Shown one piece after another: positions 28,852 through 33,103 of a stretch of DNA of 33,103 nt. The stretch spans positions 1-33,103 of IMG/VR virus record IMGVR_UViG_3300030098_002236; one strand, given 5' to 3'. Under the pieces are notes generated by a model, which saw nothing but the letters and a program-made list of their open reading frames with translations, did not search any database and was not told where the DNA came from. Made by a program: the position numbers and the translations under genes. Source of the DNA: a virus (lineage: Duplodnaviria > Caudoviricetes). The number at the start of each line of letters is the position of its first letter. Positions within the stretch are counted from its first letter, which is position 1.

Positions 28852-29803
28852 CTAGTTTTTTCATTAATCCACCTTTCAATGGGTCAATGGCTTTATCTAG
28901 ATCATCAGCAACTTTTTTACGTTTTGCATCTCCAATATCAGTCTCATCTCTAAGAGAATCAATACTGTTAATGGTAGACAAAACAGCTACTAGACTTTGG
29001 TGAGCATTAGCTATATCAATGTCATTGCCTAATACGTCTTGATTGACGTTAGGAATAACTTCAACTGCTTTTCGCAATTTATCGAAACTAGAATCTTTAA
29101 AGAATCCACCCTTTTTATTAGTAGGGTCATAAGATTTAAGTTTCTCTGATATATGCTCAACTTGTTCTACTAAAGCATCAACAGTAGTCTGAAATATTGT
29201 CTTAACATTTTTGCTAAGTCTCTTTTCAGCATCCTGTTCGATACGTTTTCGCAAGTCAGCAGATACGTTTAATCTGATATCGTTGCTATAGCTAGGTATT
29301 AAAGAAATCTCAAAATCAAATTTGAATTTATCTTTAATATCATCCACTGGTGGATAATCACCCATATTGAAAGCATGACCTAAAACTTCTTTAGCATCAA
29401 TAATCATATTAGGATAGTTCTTACAAAACTCATCAACTTCTTTAAAGAAGTCTTGCCTTGCTTGATCTACTGCCTTTTGCAAATTGTCTAATTGACTATT
29501 TGGGCATAATCTCCACCCACTTACGACCTTGTTATCATCATCCGAGGAATTATCATCCCAAGGCAAAGTCAGTGGATAGTAGCTATCATTTCGCACTTTG
29601 TTAATGATTCGTCTAAAGTATTTATTAGCATTGAATCCAACTAAATGCTTGGCAACGTGCAACAAAGATTCATCACTTGTATTAGTAATATCAGCTAAGT
29701 TATTACGAAGTGATTTATCAGTTTTAATGCCACTCCAAAACTTAGTAGTAAGTCTTACCAAAGTAGCATTTTCACTTAACGTATTAGTATTTTCATTTTT
29801 CAT
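28835..29803 (-). CDS. Helical protein, DUF3150-like
   Basis: 322 aa; K.L, TLPW.D..W.L, F..NYP, YP....I..KF pattern; lies between the ATPase and vWA genes. Confidence 0.6.
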   Translation of the reverse strand: MKNENTNTLSENATLVRLTTKFWSGIKTDKSLRNNLADITNTSDESLLHVAKHLVGFNANKYFRRIINKVRNDSYYPLTLPWDDNSSDDDNKVVSGWRLCPNSQLDNLQKAVDQARQDFFKEVDEFCKNYPNMIIDAKEVLGHAFNMGDYPPVDDIKDKFKFDFEISLIPSYSNDIRLNVSADLRKRIEQDAEKRLSKNVKTIFQTTVDALVEQVEHISEKLKSYDPTNKKGGFFKDSSFDKLRKAVEVIPNVNQDVLGNDIDIANAHQSLVAVLSTINSIDSLRDETDIGDAKRKKVADDLDKAIDPLKGGLMKKLGGKDD

Positions 29804-29858
29804 AAAACCTCCTAGAAAAATATATACTGGTTAATAATATTTCCTATCATTAGGAAAC

Positions 29859-30044
29859 ACCTAGACTGGAAAGTGTTTGTCAAAGTAGTACCTTGATATA
29901 AGACTATTCATTTATCTCGTTGAGCATTTAATATTTATTTTGCTCGTCTAACGCGGTTGTACTTAAATGGGAAACCCCTTCTCCCATATACCATAGACTT
30001 CTACTCTCCAGTTTCGCCTAAATTTCATAGGCTCATCAGTAGGT
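29859..30044 (-). ncRNA. Hammerhead ribozyme, type I, with a ~134-nt insert in stem III (HH2)
   Basis: ACCUA-CUGAUGA-GCCUA(UGAAAUU)UAGGC-GAAA-CUGGAGAGU...ACUUUCCAG-UC^UAGGU; predicted cut 29864/29863. Confidence 0.85.
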
Positions 30045-30045
30045 T

Positions 30046-31095
30046 TTAATACTCTAAGTCTTGATGCTCAACTTTAAATTTTGCATAGACTGAAGTATCA
30101 ATTAATTCACTTCTCCTAGTGATAGATTGTCTTACGAAAAACAAACTAAACTCTGGAGTAGCGAATTTCTGAACATAGGCAAGAGCATTTTCAAAATAAT
30201 CTACAACTAGAGATTTTTTTGCACTCTTGATTACATCCACTAAGGCAACAGCAGTGGCAAAACAAAGTCCTACTTTGTCAACGACTTCCACGTCTTTACC
30301 ACTTACTATGTCGCTTAGATTTGGAACATCATCCATTAGTGAAATGAAGTTAGTAAATTCAATTGCTTGTATTTCCCCAACATCACATTCAGCTATTTTC
30401 TGAATGAGTTCTTTAGGTGGATTGGTTTTTAATGTATCACTCAATCTCGACCATGCTCTAGGGCTTGGTTGAGGAGTAGTGATCTTGGCATCAAAATCAT
30501 TAAGAAATTGAGGTTGAAAGTTCAGATAACCTACTACCCTACTATCAACATCATTCTCAATTGCCCACTTATCCCAATCTTGAAAGTCATGCTCAAAATT
30601 AATTAATGAGCATCTTCCAATAACATGACTAGGAAGTTTGTTAGAACCAGCACGATCACTCGCCCTGTTTCCAGCACATATCATTTTCCACCCTTTAGGC
30701 AAAACGTATTCGCCTAAACGCTTTTCATAGATCAATTGACCTACCACAGCTTGAACGCTTGGATGTGCTTGGGCATACTCATCAAAAAATAAGACACCCT
30801 CGCCACTCTTGGGAAGATTACCTAAAAAGGCTCTCTTTTGTCCTCCCTCATCATCTATATAAGGAAGTCCACCAAGATCAACTGATTCATATAACGAAAG
30901 TCTAAAATCAATAAATCCAAACTCTTTTGACTTAGGATTAATGTTATCAACGACTATCTCTCTACTATCAGCTAACTCAGTAGCTAATTGCCTAACTACA
31001 GCAGATTTTCCAACACCTGTTCCACCTAGTAGAAAAGGCGTGTTTCCACCACCTAAAACAGATTTCATAATCTGTAATGCTTGACTTGGTTTCAT
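30046..31095 (-). CDS. MoxR-like AAA+ ATPase
   Basis: Walker A GGTGVGKS, Walker B LFFDE, AGNR, SPRAW. Start set at MKPSQ after the GGAGG RBS. Confidence 0.92.
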   Translation of the reverse strand: MKPSQALQIMKSVLGGGNTPFLLGGTGVGKSAVVRQLATELADSREIVVDNINPKSKEFGFIDFRLSLYESVDLGGLPYIDDEGGQKRAFLGNLPKSGEGVLFFDEYAQAHPSVQAVVGQLIYEKRLGEYVLPKGWKMICAGNRASDRAGSNKLPSHVIGRCSLINFEHDFQDWDKWAIENDVDSRVVGYLNFQPQFLNDFDAKITTPQPSPRAWSRLSDTLKTNPPKELIQKIAECDVGEIQAIEFTNFISLMDDVPNLSDIVSGKDVEVVDKVGLCFATAVALVDVIKSAKKSLVVDYFENALAYVQKFATPEFSLFFVRQSITRRSELIDTSVYAKFKVEHQDLEY

Positions 31096-31167
31096 AATAA
31101 TTCCCTCCATGAAACAAAGTTAGTAAAAAGATTTACCAGTCAATAAAAAATATTTTCCAGTAAATCC

Positions 31168-31231
31168 ACCTAGACTAGATCAAGTCTCCTTGATCTAGTT
31201 TCGCAAGAATCTCACTTGCTCGTCAGTAGGT
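31168..31231 (-). ncRNA. Hammerhead ribozyme, type I (HH3)
   Basis: ACCUA-CUGACGA-GCAAG(UGAGAUU)CUUGC-GAAA-CUAGAUCAAG(GAGA)CUUGAUCUAG-UC^UAGGU; predicted cut 31173/31172. Confidence 0.95.
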
Positions 31232-31573
31232 TTAGGTCAAAACATTAGAGATACGTTCCTCATTAGGATTCACCCAACGATCTCTAGACATAAGACCATT
31301 TTCTAAAACGTATTCTAGATGCTTAGTAGCATTATTAATGTTATTAAACATTCTTGCTCTATAACCACTCTCATCACATAAATAGCAGTCAAATTTTGTT
31401 AAAAAATAATAACTCCTATTTTCACCATACAACTCTTTAATTAAGTCATATACATTCCAAGAATAAATATAAACCTCAATTTCGTTATGTGGCTCGACTA
31501 TTCTTGTATTGTCTCTCCAAACTTTCCAGTCCTTAGAGACAACTTTTTTCTTAGACCATTTAATACTATTCAC
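31232..31573 (-). CDS. Hypothetical early protein (GTG start)
   Basis: 113 aa, GGAGG RBS, flanked by HH4 and HH3. Confidence 0.7.
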   Translation of the reverse strand: MNSIKWSKKKVVSKDWKVWRDNTRIVEPHNEIEVYIYSWNVYDLIKELYGENRSYYFLTKFDCYLCDESGYRARMFNNINNATKHLEYVLENGLMSRDRWVNPNEERISNVLT

Positions 31574-31599
31574 GAAATACCTCCCAGTATTTAATAATT

Positions 31600-31665
31600 A
31601 CCTAGACTAAACCCTAAATAATTAGGGTCTAGTTTCGCCAAAATTTCATTGGCTCGTCAGTAGGC
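31600..31665 (-). ncRNA. Hammerhead ribozyme, type I (HH4)
   Basis: GCCUA-CUGACGA-GCCAA(UGAAAUU)UUGGC-GAAA-CUAGACCCUAA(UUAU)UUAGGGUUUAG-UC^UAGGU; predicted cut 31605/31604. Confidence 0.95.
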
Positions 31666-32075
31666 TAAATTGCTAGGGCAACTGGCTCATCTAAAAATAG
31701 ATCATTCTCAATCTCTCGCAATATATAAACCTTGCTAGGGTCTATCTCTATGCAAGTAGTGTTTGACGAAATTAAAAGAGCATCCATGTAAAGGTATTGA
31801 TCTCCTTTAGATTGTTTCAAGTAAACTAAATCACTCTTAAACAGTTCACAAAATAAAGTGTTTAGTCTCTCTCTCGTTGTAACTGTTCCCCACCCACACA
31901 TAGAGAAACATAAGTGAATATTATTACTTAAATTTTCGCTAGGATGATTGTTCTCCCACCATGCAATTTTATTGTTATGCAGAAAAATCTCACCATTCTC
32001 GGTGTAAGTATTTCCCACAGTTTTTTTCTTATCATTAATAAACGCTTTCGCAATTTCTATAGATACTTTTCTCAT
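31665..32075 (-). CDS. Hypothetical early protein (MRKVSIEIAKAF...)
   Basis: Start reassigned to 32075 behind GGAGG, since the longer track start lies inside HH5. LHNNKIA..GWGTVTTRERLN pattern. Confidence 0.8.
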   Translation of the reverse strand: MRKVSIEIAKAFINDKKKTVGNTYTENGEIFLHNNKIAWWENNHPSENLSNNIHLCFSMCGWGTVTTRERLNTLFCELFKSDLVYLKQSKGDQYLYMDALLISSNTTCIEIDPSKVYILREIENDLFLDEPVALAI

Positions 32076-32083
32076 AAATAAAA

Positions 32084-32156
32084 CCTCCAAAGTTTTATGT
32101 TTCTTGAACCCCATTAGGGGATTCTCTTCAGCACGTTAGTTCGTGGACATAGGAGG
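32084..32156 (-). ncRNA. Variant hammerhead ribozyme, type III (HH5)
   Basis: CCUCC-UAUG-UC^CACG(AACUAA)CGUG-CUGAAGA-GAAUCCCC(UAAU)GGGGUUC-AA-GAAA-CAUA...GGAGG; extra AA before GAAA; predicted cut 32146/32145. Confidence 0.7.
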
Positions 32157-32183
32157 GAAATTAATCCCCCCTCTCTTTAAAAA

Positions 32184-32390
32184 TCAAATACAGACCTTAA
32201 CCACATTCTTTACAGATTCAGAATAGCTATCTTGTTCAATTGTTTCCCATTCGCATAAAGGTTCATTATCTTGGGCAATAACTTTCGCTTGTTCTTCGTT
32301 ATCAGCTTTCACTATTTTGAATACCTTATAAGTGTATTCTCCTTGTACTTTGTATCTACTCATCTTCGTTTGTTGATCTACTTTCATCAT
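32184..32390 (-). CDS. Small hypothetical protein ('VKADNEEQA' type)
   Basis: 68 aa, GGAGG RBS; first gene of the leftward operon. Confidence 0.75.
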   Translation of the reverse strand: MMKVDQQTKMSRYKVQGEYTYKVFKIVKADNEEQAKVIAQDNEPLCEWETIEQDSYSESVKNVVKVCI

Positions 32391-32394
32391 TCAT

Positions 32395-32467
32395 ACCTCC
32401 AAGTATGTTTCTTGAACCCCAAAATAGGATTCTCATTCAGCTTGTTAATTCAAGGACACATGGAGGT
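32395..32467 (-). ncRNA. Variant hammerhead ribozyme, type III (HH6)
   Basis: ACCUCCA-UGUG-UC^CUUG(AAUUAA)CAAG-CUGAAUGA-GAAUCCUA(UUU)UGGGGUUC-AA-GAAA-CAUA-CU-UGGAGGU; predicted cut 32455/32454. Confidence 0.65.
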
Positions 32468-32747
32468 TGTGTCAGTAGTTCTTACTTTTCCCTAGTTTGA
32501 TTTTTCAGCTATCGCTTACTGGTCAATGTTCAAGAGGAATTTCATACCCTTAAAGAATCTCAGAGAGATTCACCCACGCCCATTTGTTTTAAGTCAAGGT
32601 CTCGTTCCAACGACTACTGGCTTTATATTTCACCAATACAAGTATTTAAACAGATTACAGCATCATTGTCTAATCATATTTATCTATATATCTGATAGCT
32701 AAATGAGATCATTACCAAGAAGACAATAACCAGTTAATATTCAATCT

Positions 32748-33103
32748 ATGGAAAACGACAAAACAAAACCAAAACTCCAAGTAATAAAAGCAGATGATCT
32801 AACCATTAAGCAGAGGTCATTTGTTAATGAGATCGTTAAGGGCAAGTTAGGAAGTTATAAAGAGGTCTATGCGAAAGTCTATGACGTTGCTCTAACCAAA
32901 GGAGGGAACATTCCTAAGTGGGTAGAAGTGGAAGCATCTAAGTTAGTAGCTAACCCTAAGATAGCACTAAGCATACAAAAGGCTTTAGAGCGTAAAGAGG
33001 TCAGTTCAGTAGCATCTAGCCTTAGAACTAGGAACTATGTCATAGAACAGTTATATAAAGAGTCCAGAGAGTCTGATAGTGATTCAGCTAGGATTAGAGC
33101 ATT
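32748..33103 (+). CDS. terS: Terminase small subunit, 3'-truncated; not in ORF track
   Basis: Translated by hand: MENDKTKP...LTIKQRSFV...ASKLVANPKI...DSARIRA, open to the window end. Confidence 0.75.
   Translation, partial: MENDKTKPKLQVIKADDLTIKQRSFVNEIVKGKLGSYKEVYAKVYDVALTKGGNIPKWVEVEASKLVANPKIALSIQKALERKEVSSVASSLRTRNYVIEQLYKESRESDSDSARIRA

Noticed and set aside
27422-32467. CRISPR array or integron attC interpretation of the intergenic repeats
   Set aside because: Spacing is gene-sized and irregular, the conserved bases match the hammerhead core, and there are no cas1/cas2 or integrase genes.
1-33103. Alternative genetic code, tRNAs, integrase, reverse transcriptase or DNA polymerase
   Set aside because: Long ORFs are intact in the standard code and none of these were recognised. 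The window is partial, so they may lie outside it.

Overview
AT-rich partial genome of a tailed dsDNA bacteriophage (podovirus-like; the gene set resembles uncultured aquatic or marine phages, which is an inference). Layout: (1) 1-16940, + strand: holin, GH24 lysozyme, tail/head-completion protein, DNA-ejection proteins and a 2815-aa large polyvalent protein. (2) 16937-22941, - strand: recombination and DNA-metabolism cluster (resolvase, Ref-like HNH, GIY-YIG, SSB-like, Sak-like annealase, Cas4-like exonuclease). (3) 23029-25633, + strand: primase-helicase module driven from overlapping divergent promoters. (4) 26110-26990: a non-coding control region with tandem NrdR-like boxes, an 11-bp-phased DnaA-box array, two terminators and a predicted ~100-nt sRNA that displays an anti-Shine-Dalgarno loop. 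(5) 26993-32390, - strand: putative early operon with a MoxR-type AAA ATPase, a DUF3150-like protein, a vWA/metallopeptidase and small ORFs. (6) A truncated small terminase at the right end. The standout feature is six hammerhead ribozymes, one in each non-overlapping intergenic gap of the early operon plus its leader. Three are type I with a shared stem I, one of them carrying a ~134-nt structured insert. One is a canonical type III. Two are variant type III whose stem III sequesters the downstream Shine-Dalgarno. The ends are arranged so that excised gene-sized RNAs could re-form a ribozyme and circularise. All protein family calls come from motif recognition, not database searches, and all RNA structures were folded by hand.
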